NCBI GenBank assembly: GCA_965247635.1
Contig: CBDFHJ010000010.1
Coordinates: forward strand, 261,918-325,917
Reading direction: 5' to 3'
DNA: 64,000 nt
Origin: Dehalococcoidia bacterium
GTDB taxonomy: Bacteria > Chloroflexota > Dehalococcoidia > Lucifugimonadales > Australimonadaceae
Shown here: piece after piece, positions 1 through 10,600 of the stretch
Layout of the letters: every line of letters starts with the position of its first letter
How positions within the stretch are numbered: the stretch's first letter is position 1
Translations under genes and position numbers: made by a program
Notes under the pieces: generated by a model
The model's input: the letters and a program-made list of their open reading frames with translations, nothing else
Told to the model about the DNA's origin: nothing
Databases searched by the model: none

Positions 1-471
1 CTCAGCCGTTGATTCAATGGCGATTCCATCCGCATACTGTGCACCTAGATAGACGTCTTCGATCAACTCAGGGGCCTTCAGACGCCTGAAGCGCTGTTCG
101 GCGACCATCAACATTTTCCAGATCACCGCTATCGCCCGATCGACCCTCTTGTAGCGCTTGGCGGCATCGGTCCGAAGCCTGAGGGCCGCGAAGGGTGATT
201 CTACCGGGTTCGTCGTGCGAAGGTGCCCCCAGTGCTCCTTTGGGAAGTCATAGAAGGTGACCATGCGGTCCCAGTCCCGCTCCAAGGCCTCTGAGGCCGC
301 CTCGTAGGAATGGTCGCCGCACCACCTGGTGAACACCGTCCTGAGCCGCTCAGCCTCTGTCCGAGTCGGCGCGTAGGGGATAGTACGCAGCATGAGCTTG
401 GCCTGGTCCTGTTGTCGCTTTGGAAGCTTGGCGAGCACGTTTACGATCTTGTGGTTCCAGCAGCGTTGCTC
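1..471 (-). pseudogene. IS256-family transposase, 3' fragment (truncated by the window edge and at its 5' side)
   Basis: The reverse complement of 1..471 matches 1325..1795 of the adjacent full copy with only a few mismatches. Similarity stops exactly at 471/472, where the left inverted repeat of the next element starts. Confidence 0.85.
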
Positions 472-1840
472 GAGGTATCTTCAAAGAGTGTGTAAACAGT
501 CAGGCGGTGTACCCTCTCTCTGAACAACACGGGCTCGAGGCCCAAGAGAGGAGATAGACCGCCCATGAGGAAGGAAAGCACTGAGAGTAGGTCGGAGTCA
601 AGGCCGGAGTGGGAGCAGTTGGAGGATTGGGTGCGAAGCCAGGTCCAGAGGCTGATCCAGGAGTTGCTGGAGGAGGAGGTGACGGCGTTTCTGGGAAGGG
701 CGAAGTCGGCGCTCAGATCCGACTCGGACAACGATACCGGCTATCGGAACGGATACGGCAGAGCCCGGAGGCTTACGCTGAGTTCGGGAACGATACAGCT
801 GAGGCGGCCGCGAGTCCGCGATACCGAGGAGCAGTTCGAGAGCCGGCTGCTGCCGCTGTTCGTCAACAGGACCAGGAAGGTTGCTGAGTTGATCCCCGAG
901 CTGTACCTGCACGGTCTATCCGAAGGCGACTTCGATCTGGCTTTGCGGGGGCTGCTGGGAGAGGACGCACCGGTATCGGCGAGCACGGTGGCCCGGTTGA
1001 AGTCCAAGTGGAACGATGAAGCTTGCCCAATGGCGCAGCCGGCCCCTAGATGACCTGGAAGTGGTCTACATGTGGGTGGATGGAGTCTACGTCAAGGCTG
1101 GTCTTGAGAAGGAGAAGGCGGCAGTACTGGTGGTGGTGGCGGCCCTGAGCGACGGGAGCAAGGTGGTGGTGAGCGCTGTTCCCGGATACAGGGAGTCCAC
1201 AGAGAACTGGTCCGATGTGCTCAGGGACATGAGGCGCCGCGGGCTGGAGTGCCCGAGGCTGGTGGTTGGGGACGGACACCTGGGCATCTGGGGAGCTCTG
1301 CGCAACGTCTATCCGCAGGCGGCAGAGCAACGCTGCTGGAACCACAAGATCGTAAACGTGCTCGCCAAGCTTCCAAAGCGACAACAGGACCAGGCCAAGC
1401 TCATGCTGCGTACTATCCCCTACGCGCCGACTCGGACAGAGGCTGAGCGGCTCAGGACGGTGTTCACCAGGTGGTGCGGCGACCATTCCTACGAGGCGGC
1501 CTCAGAGGCCTTGGAGCGGGACTGGGACCGCATGGTCACCTTCTATGACTTCCCAAAGGAGCACTGGGGGCACCTTCGCACGACGAACCCGGTAGAATCA
1601 CCCTTCGCGGCCCTCAGGCTTCGGACCGATGCCGCCAAGCGCTACAAGAGGGTCGATCGGGCGATAGCGGTGATCTGGAAAATGTTGATGGTCGCCGAAC
1701 AGCGCTTCAGGCGTCTGAAGGCCCCTGAGTTGATCGAAGACGTCTATCTCGGTGCACAGTATGCGGATGAAATCGCCATTGAATCAACGGCTGAGAAGGT
1801 CGCCGCCTGATGTCGTTTACACACCTATTGACGTAACCTC
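472..1840 (+). mobile_element. IS256-family insertion sequence
   Basis: Imperfect terminal inverted repeats gaggtatcttcaaagagtgtgtaaaca (472..498) and gtttacacacctattgacgtaacctc (1815..1840) enclose a Mutator/IS256-type transposase reading frame. Confidence 0.8.
565..1810 (+). pseudogene. IS256-family transposase, split by a +1 frame change near 1016..1053
   Basis: ORFs 565..1053 and 1016..1810 together give the usual single roughly 400-aa IS256 transposase (LKSKWNDE / QWRSRPLDDLEVVYMWVDGVYVK, CWNHKIVNVL, TTNPVESPF). The family normally has one ORF. Confidence 0.8.
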
Positions 1841-2047
1841 GACGTCGACGCCAAAGCCCCAGCCGACTGTGGACATGGGCGTGCCGCCTGCTGACCCGGT
1901 AGAAACAGGGAATGCCTACGACTTCAAGTTCGGGACTGTAGACCGTCAGCGATAATGGGACACATATAAGGGTAGGAAAACCCGAGAGTCGGAGGGTGGT
2001 GTGAGCTCCTGAAATGAGGGTAGAGCTACCCACAGAAAGGAGCAGAT

Positions 2048-2455
2048 GTGTCCCAATTAGAAGTAAGCAAAGCAGAGGCCGCCGAGGAACGAAGCGAGCA
2101 GACCAGGTCTTTCGTCCGCACAGTGAAGGCGGCTGCCCGACGTAAGTACACCCCCGAAGAGAAGATCCGAATTGTTCTGGAGGGCTTCCGCCGCGAGGTC
2201 ACAGTCAACGACCTGTGCCGGCGGGAGGGGATCAAGCCCCACTCCTACTACTCGTGGACCAAAGAGTTCATGGAGGCGGGCAAGGAGAGGTTGACCCGTG
2301 ACTCGGTTCGGGACGCCACTCAGCATGAGGTAGGGCAACTCAAGCGAGAGAACGGGGAACTCAAGGAGCTAGTGGCCGATCTGTCGCTGGAGGCGTACCG
2401 TCTCAAAAAAACGGCCATCCCCATGCCCCAGGACGCCACCGGTACCAGCGGATGA
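2048..2455 (+). CDS. IS-A OrfA (HTH and leucine-zipper transposase N-terminal protein)
   Basis: 135-aa ORF identical to the orfA of other copies. Has a GTG start and a coiled-coil tail LKRENGELKELVADLSLEAYRLKK. Confidence 0.85.
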   Translation: MSQLEVSKAEAAEERSEQTRSFVRTVKAAARRKYTPEEKIRIVLEGFRREVTVNDLCRREGIKPHSYYSWTKEFMEAGKERLTRDSVRDATQHEVGQLKRENGELKELVADLSLEAYRLKKTAIPMPQDATGTSG

Positions 2456-3436
2456 GCGCCCCGGAGAAGGCAGAGGTAGTTACCAAAGTATCCTCGTCTC
2501 CCTCCCCAAGCGAAAGGTCCTCAGAGAGCTGGGCATCCCTAAGAGCACCTACTACCGGTGGCTCAGACGCCAAGACCAACAAGGACTTGAGGACCGACCA
2601 GGAGGCGATCAGCCACCATGGAACCGTCTTACTATTCAGGAAGAACGCTCAGTCCTGTTATCAGCCAGGGAGATGCCAGAGCTGAGCTGCCGTCAGCTGG
2701 CCGCGGGGATCACCGACAACCAGGGCTTCTCAGTCTCAGAGTCCAGCGTCTACCGTATCCTGGGCAGGGAGGGCCTAGTGAAGAGGCCTGAGATGCGGTT
2801 GGCCGCGGGGAAGGAGTACCACCTCAAGACCACAGGACCTCACCAGATGTGGGCCACCGATGCCTCATACTTCAGGGTGGTTGGGTGGGGCTACTACTAC
2901 CTGGTCACCGTTATGGACGACTACTCCCGCTTCATCCTGGCTCACAGGCTTCAGCAAGATATGACGGCCGACTCCTTCATCGAGGTGGTCCAGGATGCTG
3001 TGGACACGACCAGCATGGACCAAGTTCCAGTCACAGACCGCACCAGGCTGCTGAGTGACAACGGTCCAGGCTATGTCTCAAGAGCATTCAGGGACTACCT
3101 GGGGATGGTTGGCATCAAGCACATCCTAGCAACTCCTTTCCACCCTCAGACCAACGGGAAGTGGAGCGCTACCACCAGACCATCAAACGGGACGTCAACC
3201 AGGTGCCTTATGAGTTGCCCGCCGACCTTGAGGCTGCTATCGCGGCCTTCGTCAGCTACTACAACTACCGGCGCTATCACAAGGCTCTGGGCAACGTGAC
3301 ACCATCAGACGTGCTCAAGGGAAGACGGCAAGAGATCCTACAACGCAGGAAGGAGGTGAAGGCTCAAACCACCGAACGGCGACGACGCTACAACAGGGCC
3401 CTCAGGGAGCTCGCCAGACCTCCATCCAGCCCCTGA
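2452..3436 (+). pseudogene. IS-A OrfB (DDE integrase-like transposase), two 1-nt deletions
   Basis: Compared with intact orfB 19208..20194, one C is lost in the run tctcccctcccc and one in aagctggag. The reading frame breaks into 2452..2685, 2673..3299 and 3161..3436. Confidence 0.9.
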
Positions 3437-3479
3437 TCTCTCGGCTCCCAATGTGTCCCACTTTTGCTGGTTGCTAACA

Positions 3480-3699
3480 ATTGAGACTCTGTGTCCAGAA
3501 TCCAGGAAGTGCCAAAAAACTGCGCCTATGGCTAGTCCTCCGACTAAGGTAAGTACGGCCGTACCGAAGAGGCTATCCGAGGTAGCAAGCCTTCTGGTGG
3601 CGCACAAGATGTAGAACGCCGCGGGTGAGAAGACCGTGGTGGCTAGCGCAAAGGATGCGATTCTCGCGGCCAACGAAAGCAGGTCGACTGCCGCCAGAA
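3480..3699 (-). pseudogene. Orphan fragment of a hydrophobic (membrane) protein trapped between two IS ends
   Basis: Open minus-strand frame of about 73 hydrophobic codons (ILAAVDLLSLAARIASFALATTVF..GGLAIGAVFW). It runs directly into IS ends on both sides, with no start or stop of its own. Confidence 0.3.
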
Positions 3700-3850
3700 T
3701 GACCTGCCCCCAATAGTTGTACCACAAATCATGAGACACTGATAGCGCTTGGAGCAGAGGAGGTGAGGATGGCCTCTGGAGCAGGAGGGCGATAGCCCAG
3801 GGCGCTGTGGGGGCGTTGGTGGTTGTACTCGTGGCGCCACTCTCGGTGAG
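3700..3850 (-). mobile_element. Remnant of an IS3-family (IS407-like) element: terminal repeat plus last ~37 codons of the transposase
   Basis: TGACCTGCCCCC terminal motif at 3700..3711. The minus-strand frame encodes EWRHEYNHQRPHSALGYRPPAPEA, the typical C-terminus of IS3-family OrfB. Confidence 0.6.
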
Positions 3851-3947
3851 GACCTGCACCTCCCAGAGGGTATCGAAGAGTGACCTGACCCCCGAAAACT
3901 AGTCCAGAGATAAACTCGCACACTGGATATGTAGAAAGGGGGGACGG

Positions 3948-4226
3948 ATGCCGAGGAAGGGATATACGCCGGAGCAGATCATAGGGAAGCTGCGGGAGGT
4001 GGACGTGCTGGTGCAGCAAGGGCACGCCGTAAGGGAGGCTGTCAGGAGGATAGGAGTGTCTGATCACACTTATTATGTATGGAGGAGGGAGTATGGCGGC
4101 ATGGGTGTAGAGCAGGCCAAGAGACTCAGGGAGTTGGAGAGGGAGAACGTTCGGCTGAAGAGGCTGGTGGCAGACCTGAGCTTGGACAAGGACATCCTTA
4201 AGGAGGCACTTCGGGGAAACTCCTGA
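3948..4226 (+). CDS. IS-C OrfA
   Basis: 92-aa ORF with an HTH and a leucine zipper (LRELERENVRLKRLVADLSLDKDILKEAL). Confidence 0.8.
   Translation: MPRKGYTPEQIIGKLREVDVLVQQGHAVREAVRRIGVSDHTYYVWRREYGGMGVEQAKRLRELERENVRLKRLVADLSLDKDILKEALRGNS
4214..4220 (+). promoter_or_regulatory. Candidate -1 programmed frameshift heptamer G GGA AAC (IS-C orfA to orfB)
   Basis: The X XXY YYZ motif is in the orfA zero frame (CGG GGA AAC). The -1 frame is open from here and reads GKLLSPPRRRKLVERVCEQLGVSQRRAC, a typical OrfB N-terminus. Confidence 0.5.
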
Positions 4227-4249
4227 GCCCGCCTAGGAGACGGAAGCTG

Positions 4250-5003
4250 GTGGAGAGAGTATGTGAGCAATTGGGAGTGTCTCAGAGGCGGGCGTGCCAG
4301 GTGATCACCCAGCCCAGAGCAACCCAGAGGTACTCTCAGGGCAGGGATCTAGATAAAGATGCGCTGGTCAATAGGATAGTGGAGTTGGCCACTAGGTATG
4401 GTAGGTACGGTTATCGTAGGGTGACAGCCCTGTTGAAGAGCGAAGGGTGGAGGGTGAACCACAAGAGAGTGGAACGTATATGGAGGATTGAGGGATTGAA
4501 AGTACCCGGTAAACAGCCTAAGAGAGGCCGGTTATGGCTGAACGATGGGTCGTGTATAAGGCTTAGGCCGGAGCGCAAAGACCATGTGTGGAGCTACGAC
4601 TTCGTGGCGGCAAGGACCGCAGATGGCAGGGCTTTCCGTATCCTGGCGATCGTGGACGAGTACACCAGGGAGTGTTTAGCCATGGTGGTGAAGCGGAGCA
4701 TCACATCACAGGATGTCCTGGACCAGCTCTACATGCTGTTCCTGGTCAGAGGGGTGCCGGAGCACATACGCTCGGACAACGGCCCAGAGTTCACCCCCAA
4801 AGCGGTGAGGGAATGGCTATCTAACCTGGGGGTGATGGCCCTGTTCATAGAGCCGGGTAGTCCTTGGGAAAATGGTTACGTCGAGTCATTCAACGGGAAG
4901 CTGAGGGATGAGTTCCTAAATGGTGAATTGTTCAATACCCTTGCTGAAGCCCGGATACTCATTGAATGGTGGAGAAAAGAGTATAACCAGGTAAGGCCTC
5001 ACA
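4250..5003 (+). pseudogene. IS-C OrfB, C-terminally truncated
   Basis: DDE-type motifs are present (WSYDF, SDNGPEF, NGYVESFNGKLRDE). The last ~25 codons are replaced by unrelated sequence. Confidence 0.8.
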
Positions 5004-6372
5004 GTGGCCAGTACAGTCCACTCGGCCGCGACGTTAGTGAGGCCGCGCAGTAGGAACTTCCGTGCCCCCTGTTGCTCCTTGATAATTCCGAATACCGGTT
5101 CGACCAGGTGCTTTCTCAGCCTGTAAGCCTCTTTGGCTGTCCAGGTGGACATCCAGGCACGATGACGACGCAGCACTGCATCGTGCGGCCCTACCGCCAG
5201 GCTGCGGCCGGTCTCTCCGGCCTTCGTACAGACTCCGAAAGCTGGGCACACCTGACAGACGGCACCCGAGGCCCGGTACAGACGCAACGGGACTCCATTG
5301 GTGTGTTGGATACGGACGAACTTGAGCGCCTGTCCCTGTGGACACGTAAAGCTGTCGCTCTGCTCGTGATAGGTGAATTGGTCCTTGTGATAGGGGTCTT
5401 TGAGGAACCGTTGTCATGACTCGGACACCACCACGTGCTGACCGCGACGGGAGCACTCTTGCAGGTGACTCGCAGCGAAATATCCGGTATCGGCCAATGT
5501 CATCTGCGACTTCGTCCCCGTAGTCTCCTCGGCCTGCTCCATCATCGGCACCAACATGGCATTGTCATTGGCTTGATCCACCACGTCCACGGCAGTGACC
5601 AACATGCCGGTCGCTCCCCTATCCGGCTCCATGGGTGAGACCATAGCCTGGGCGTTGTAGCCAGCCACGATGCCCTGCCTACCCTTCATCAGTCGGGCCT
5701 CTCTGTCAGTCAGGTTGATCCGCTTGTGGCGCTTTTGACTCGTAAGATCGGCCATCACCTGCCTCACCTGCTCTCTTAAGACCTCCTTATCGGCCAACTC
5801 CTCAGGCAGATGGACAGCAGCAGCGTCTTCTCCCCCTTCGTTCTGAGCCTCAAGGTCGGCTATCGCCCTCTCCAAACGCTCCAACAACCCACGCAGTCCC
5901 TCGACATCATAGCTCCTGTTCACTGATGCGTTGGCGACCACCTTCGTACCATCCACCGCTTGAACCGCCAGGTCCACCAACTCCATGGCCACCGCCGTGC
6001 GCACGGTACGCTCAAATAGCTTCCTCATAGCCTGCCGATTCCCTCGGTAGAACCTCCACAGGGTGTTGTGGTCCGGATGCTGCCACAGATACGGTATCTG
6101 GTCCCGGCAGGCCACCTCCAGCTTCCGACACGAGCGCACCCCGCTCATGAAGCCGTATAGCCCCACACACCCAGCAATGCGCGAGGGTGGTATGCTGGCG
6201 CCCCAAGCACCTCCCCGTCTATCTCCACCCCAAGCTCTGACCAGCCCTCCCTATCCAACGCGTCCACGAACTCGGCCACGAATCGCGCCGGATGGTCCAA
6301 CGGCAACAGTTCGTCAAGTGTCGGCGGCAACATCCACATCTGCTCTCGGCCCATTGGTCGAAGCGGCATCTC
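5004..6372 (-). pseudogene. IS1182-family transposase/element, truncated at both ends with multiple frame breaks
   Basis: Minus-strand ORF pieces are 6145..6369 (MGREQMWMLPPTLDELLPLDHPARF..GAPAYHP), 5414..6166 (SCRKLEVACRDQIPYLW..DTGYF) and 5004..5287 (CQVCPAFGVCTK..VEPVFGIIKEQQGARKFLLRGL). Confidence 0.75.
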
Positions 6373-6406
6373 TGAGGTCGGACGTAAATAGTGGACACCA
6401 AACCTT

Positions 6407-7270
6407 TCATGCTGCTGGTAGTCCGGCATAGAATCTCTGCTCATACGCCGCGGGTGACAGGAACCCCAGCCTGGCCTGGCGGCGCTGGCGGTTATAGAAG
6501 AGCTCGATATATTCCGTGATCTCTCGAGCTGCCTCCTGCCTGCTTCTGTAATGACGGTGGTGGACCAACTCCTGCTTGAGTGTAGCCCAGAAGCTCTCCA
6601 TCGGAGCATTATCAAAGCAGTTCCCCTTCCCGCTCATGGAAGATCGCAGGCCAGACCGCTCGAGAAGACCTCTGTATTCCTGGGAGCAATACTGACTGCC
6701 TCGGTCAGAGTGATGCATCAGGCCCCTCGCTGGACGTTTGGCTCTCAGCGCCCGGAATAGAGACTGACTAACCAGGTTCTTGGTCATCCGCTCTCCCATG
6801 GCATAGCCCACAATCTCTCCGGTGAACAGGTCCTTGTGACCCGCCAGATATAGCCAGCCCTCATCGGTCGGTATATAGGTGATGTCACTCACCCACACAG
6901 TGTTCGGCCTCCAGACCTTGAACTGCTGGCCCAATATGTTATCCGCAACCGGTAGTCTGTGCCCGGAGTCGGTGGTGGCCTTGAATCTCCTCTTCTGCCT
7001 GCAGCGTATGCCAAGCTTCTTTCGGATACGCTTGATGCGACAGATGCCCACCCGAACGCCATGCTCCGCCAGGTCGCGCTGTAACCGTTCCGGGCCATAG
7101 GTCTGTCTCGTCCGCTTGTGGGCTGCCCTGATCTCCAGCTCCAGCCGCACTTCCTCCTGTGCTCGCCTGGACGATGGCCGGTCCACCCAGGCATAGTAGC
7201 CACTGGCCGATACGTTCAACAACCGGCCCAAGACACATTTGGGGTAGTCGAGCCGCAGTTCTTTCATCAT
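6407..7270 (-). CDS. IS-E OrfB transposase
   Basis: 287-aa ORF with the motifs WVSDITYI, HHSDRGSQYCS and GNCFDNAPMESFWATLK. Confidence 0.85.
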   Translation of the reverse strand: MMKELRLDYPKCVLGRLLNVSASGYYAWVDRPSSRRAQEEVRLELEIRAAHKRTRQTYGPERLQRDLAEHGVRVGICRIKRIRKKLGIRCRQKRRFKATTDSGHRLPVADNILGQQFKVWRPNTVWVSDITYIPTDEGWLYLAGHKDLFTGEIVGYAMGERMTKNLVSQSLFRALRAKRPARGLMHHSDRGSQYCSQEYRGLLERSGLRSSMSGKGNCFDNAPMESFWATLKQELVHHRHYRSRQEAAREITEYIELFYNRQRRQARLGFLSPAAYEQRFYAGLPAA

Positions 7271-7560
7271 CGCGTACCGGGCAGCGACTCCCTGGCAAAG
7301 TACGCGGCTGCTTTTTTTAGTATGTCCCGCTCCATCTTCACTTTCGCCAGTTCCTTCTTCGTCCGCGCAAGGTCTATCTCTACTTCTGTCATGGGCCTGT
7401 ACGTCTTGCCCACATCTCCCAGTTTGCCAGCCCTATGTGCCTTCACCCAGTACCCTAATGTCGATGGCGGCAAGGACAGCCGGCGGCCTGCCTCTGGCAA
7501 TGATCGGGACAGATTGCAGCAGACCCGCGGGGGTTGACCATCCAACTTAAGCTCCTGCAC
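7267..7560 (-). CDS. IS-E OrfA
   Basis: 97-aa ORF ending KMERDILKKAAAYFA. It overlaps orfB by 4 nt. Confidence 0.75.
   Translation of the reverse strand: MQELKLDGQPPRVCCNLSRSLPEAGRRLSLPPSTLGYWVKAHRAGKLGDVGKTYRPMTEVEIDLARTKKELAKVKMERDILKKAAAYFARESLPGTR
7312..7318 (-). promoter_or_regulatory. Candidate -1 frameshift heptamer A AAA AAA (IS-E)
   Basis: T7 run on the plus strand. In the orfA frame it reads CTA AAA AAA GCA. Confidence 0.5.
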
Positions 7561-7635
7561 AGGGCTGTCATGGACACCGGCAGAGCGTGGGAGAGATGTC
7601 CATTCAGCTTGAGGCTCCTAATGCCAATCGTGCCT

Positions 7636-10600
7636 CTAGTCGTTTCGTCTCACCATTCGCACCACCTTTCGGACGACGATTGTCACGTCGTCAGTCAGGG
7701 ATCTGGGCGAACTATTGAACACCCATAGCGCCGCTATACGCGCGGCCGTAGTGAGGGCACGAGCTGTGGAATCGAGCGAGCTATGCAGCCAACGCACCGC
7801 CGTGGCTACCCCTCGTGCCATCGTTGTCGGCAGACTGTTGGCTCCCCAAAAGAACCTCGTCCAGCCCCACTTACGTTGCACCCCGGCTACTACGATGCCT
7901 CCGGTGATTGCGCCAATCGCCATACCCCCGATAGCTACGAGCGCCAGGGCCAGCGCAGAGAGTTGTGGGCCACGATCATTCGTCACCGAGGGCATCGGCC
8001 CGGTGGTCTCTGCCGTGTGCTCGGCCGTCGACGTATCGCCGAATTCAACAGGGTCGGACCTCGTGGTCCTGTCGCGGCCGACGTCGAGGTCTGTCAGGTG
8101 GACGAGGTCACGCAGCGCTACGGGGATGGGGCCGGTGAGCTGGTTGCCGCCGAGGTGAAGCTCGGTCAGGTCCGTCAGGTTCCCCAGCTCGGGAGGGAGC
8201 GGACCACTCAGCCCATTCGCACTCAAGCTGAGAACCGTCAGGTTGATGAGGTTGCCAAACTCGGCGGGGATGGGACCACTGAAGCGGTTGACGTTGAGAT
8301 GAAGCTCGGTCAGGTCTGTCAGGTCCCCCAGCTCGGGAGGGAGCGGACCACTCAGCCCATTCGCACTCAAGCTGAGAACCGTCAGGTTGATGAGGTTGCC
8401 AAACTCGGCGGGGATGGGACCACTGAAGCGGTTGACGTTGAGATGAAGCTCGGTCAGGTCTGTCAGGTTCCCCAGCTCGGGAGGGAGCGGACCGGTGAGC
8501 GCGTTGTTGTTGAGGCTCAGGACTGTGAGGCCAGTGAGATTGGCCAGTTGGAGCGGGATGGAGCCGCTGAGCTCGTTGCCCTCGATGCTAAGGTTTGTCA
8601 GGTCGGTGAGGTTGCCTAATTGCGGAGGGATCGCACCGCTCAGTTCATTGTTGCCGAGCGTGAGGATCGTCAGGCTTGTGAGAGTACCTAACTCCATCGG
8701 GATGGGGCCGTCGAGCAGGTTGTCGCTCAACGTCAACTCCCTCAAGTCGGTCAGGCCGCCCAGTTGGTGAGGAATCGCGCCGCTCAGTTCGTTGTTGTTG
8801 AGCGTGAGGACCGTCAGGTATATGAGTTCACCCAACTCCACCGGGATGGGGCCCATGAGCGTGTTGTCGCTCAGTGTCAGCTCCCTAAGATTCGTGAGGT
8901 GCCCCAGTTCGGGGGGGATGACGCCACTCAGCTCATTGTTGCCCAGTGTGAGTTCCCTCAGGTCCGTGAGGTTGCCCAGTTGGTGAGGAATCGCGCCGCT
9001 CAGCCCATTGTTGTTGAGCGTGAGGATCGTCAGGTCGGTGAGGTCGCCTAACTCCACCGGGATGGGGCCGTCGAGCTCATTGTTGCCCAGTGTGAGTTCC
9101 CTCAGGTCCGTGAGGTTGCCCAGTTGGTGAGGAATCGCGCCGCTCAGCCCATTGTTGTTGAGCGTGAGGATCGTCAGGTCGGTGAGGTCGCCTAACTCCA
9201 CCGGGATGGGGCCGTCGAGCTCATTGTTGCCCAGTGTGAGTTCCCTCAGGTCGGTGGGGTTGCCCAGTTGGTGAGGAATCGCGCCGCTCAGCCCGTTGTT
9301 GTTGAGCGTGAGGATCGTCAGGTCGGTGAGGTCGCCTAACTCCACCGGGATGGGGCCGTCGAGCATGTTGTCGCTCAACGTCAACTCCCTCAGGTCGGTG
9401 GGGTTGCCCAGTTGGTGAGGAATAGCGCCGCTCAGTTCGTTATTGTTGAGCGTGAGGATCGTCAGGTCGGTGAGGTCGCCTAACTCCACCGGGATGGGGC
9501 CGTCGAGCATGTTGTCGCTCAACGTCAACTCCCTCAGGTCGGTGAGGTTGCCTAGTTGGTGAGGAATCGCGCCGCTCAGCCCGTTGTTGTTGAGCGTGAG
9601 GATCGTCAGATCTGCCAGGTTGCCCAGTTCGACGGGGATCTGATCGGTGAGCTCGTTGTTGCTGAGATCAAGTTGCGTGAGGCCTGTGAGGGTACCTAGT
9701 TCTGCCGGGATCGATCCGGCTAGGTCGTTTCCGTAGAGATACAGATGCGTCAGAGCGGTCAGGTCGCCCAGCGATGCTGGGATCGGGCCGCTGAGCTCGT
9801 TGGCGTAGAGATAGAGATGTGTCAGAGCGGCCAGGTCGCCCAGCGATGCTGGGATCGGGCCGGTGAGCTCGTTGCTGTGCAGGTTGAGGAGCGAGAGGTT
9901 GGTGAGGTTGCCGAGCTCAGGAGGAATGGAGCCAGTGAGCTCGTTGCCTTGAAGCTGGAGATTCGTCAGGGCGGCCAGGTCCCCCAGCTCTGCGGGGATC
10001 GGGCCAGTGAACTCGTTGCTGTGCAGACTAAGGACCGTCAGGTCTATGAGGTTGCCCAGCTCAGCGGGGATGCGGCCGCTGAGTCCGTTGGCGTAGAGAT
10101 AGAGGAGCGTCAGGTCGGTGAGGTTGCCTAGCTCTGTGGGGATGAGACCGCTCAGCTCGTTGCTGTAGAGGTAGAGCCTTGTCACGTTGGTGAGGTTGCC
10201 GAGCTCCGCGGGAATTGGGCCGGTGAGCTCGTTGCCTTGAAGCTGGAGGTTCGTCAGGGCAGCCATGTCCCCCAGCTCAGTGGGGATGGAGCCAGTGAGC
10301 TCGTTGCTATGCAGGTTGAGGACCGTCAGGTTGGAGAGGTTGCCCAGCTCAGCGGGGATGGGACCGCTGAGTCCGTTGTTGAAGAGGTAGAGGAGCGTCA
10401 GGTCGGTGAGGTTGCCTAGCTCTGCGGGGATGGGACCGCTCAGCTCGTTGCTGTAGAGGTAGAGCCTTGTCACGTTGGTGAGGTTGCCGAGCTCCGCGGG
10501 GATTGGGCCGGTGAGCTCGTTGCTGTGCAGGTTGAGGAGCGAGAGGTTGGTGAGGTTACCGAGCTCAGGAGGAATGGAGCCAGTGAGCTCGTTGCTGTGC

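Larger units (their letters stand above)
1937..3479 (+). mobile_element. IS3-family element IS-A, copy 1 (defective)
   Basis: Ends tgtagaccgtcagcgataatgggacaca and tgtgtcccacttttgctggttgctaaca (TG..CA inverted repeats). Nearly identical to the copies at 12689, 18806, 44968 and 56023. Confidence 0.9.
3881..5003 (+). mobile_element. IS3-family (IS407-like) element IS-C, 3'-truncated
   Basis: Left end TGACCTGACCCCC at 3881, followed by orfA and orfB. OrfB similarity ends at ..NQVRPHS (about 5003), where IS1182-type sequence starts. Confidence 0.75.
6375..7606 (-). mobile_element. IS3-family element IS-E (boundaries approximate)
   Basis: Overlapping orfA and orfB. The subterminal aatagtggacac motif resembles the IS3 group. 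It cuts off the 5' leader of the IS1182 copy. Confidence 0.7.

Noticed and set aside
3338-3859. 173-aa ORF taken as one membrane-protein gene.
   Set aside because: It is chimeric. Its C-terminus reads through the IS-A right end (SNQQKWDTLG..) and its N-terminal part reads through an IS407-like terminal repeat and transposase remnant. Only about 220 bp (3480..3699) is non-IS.
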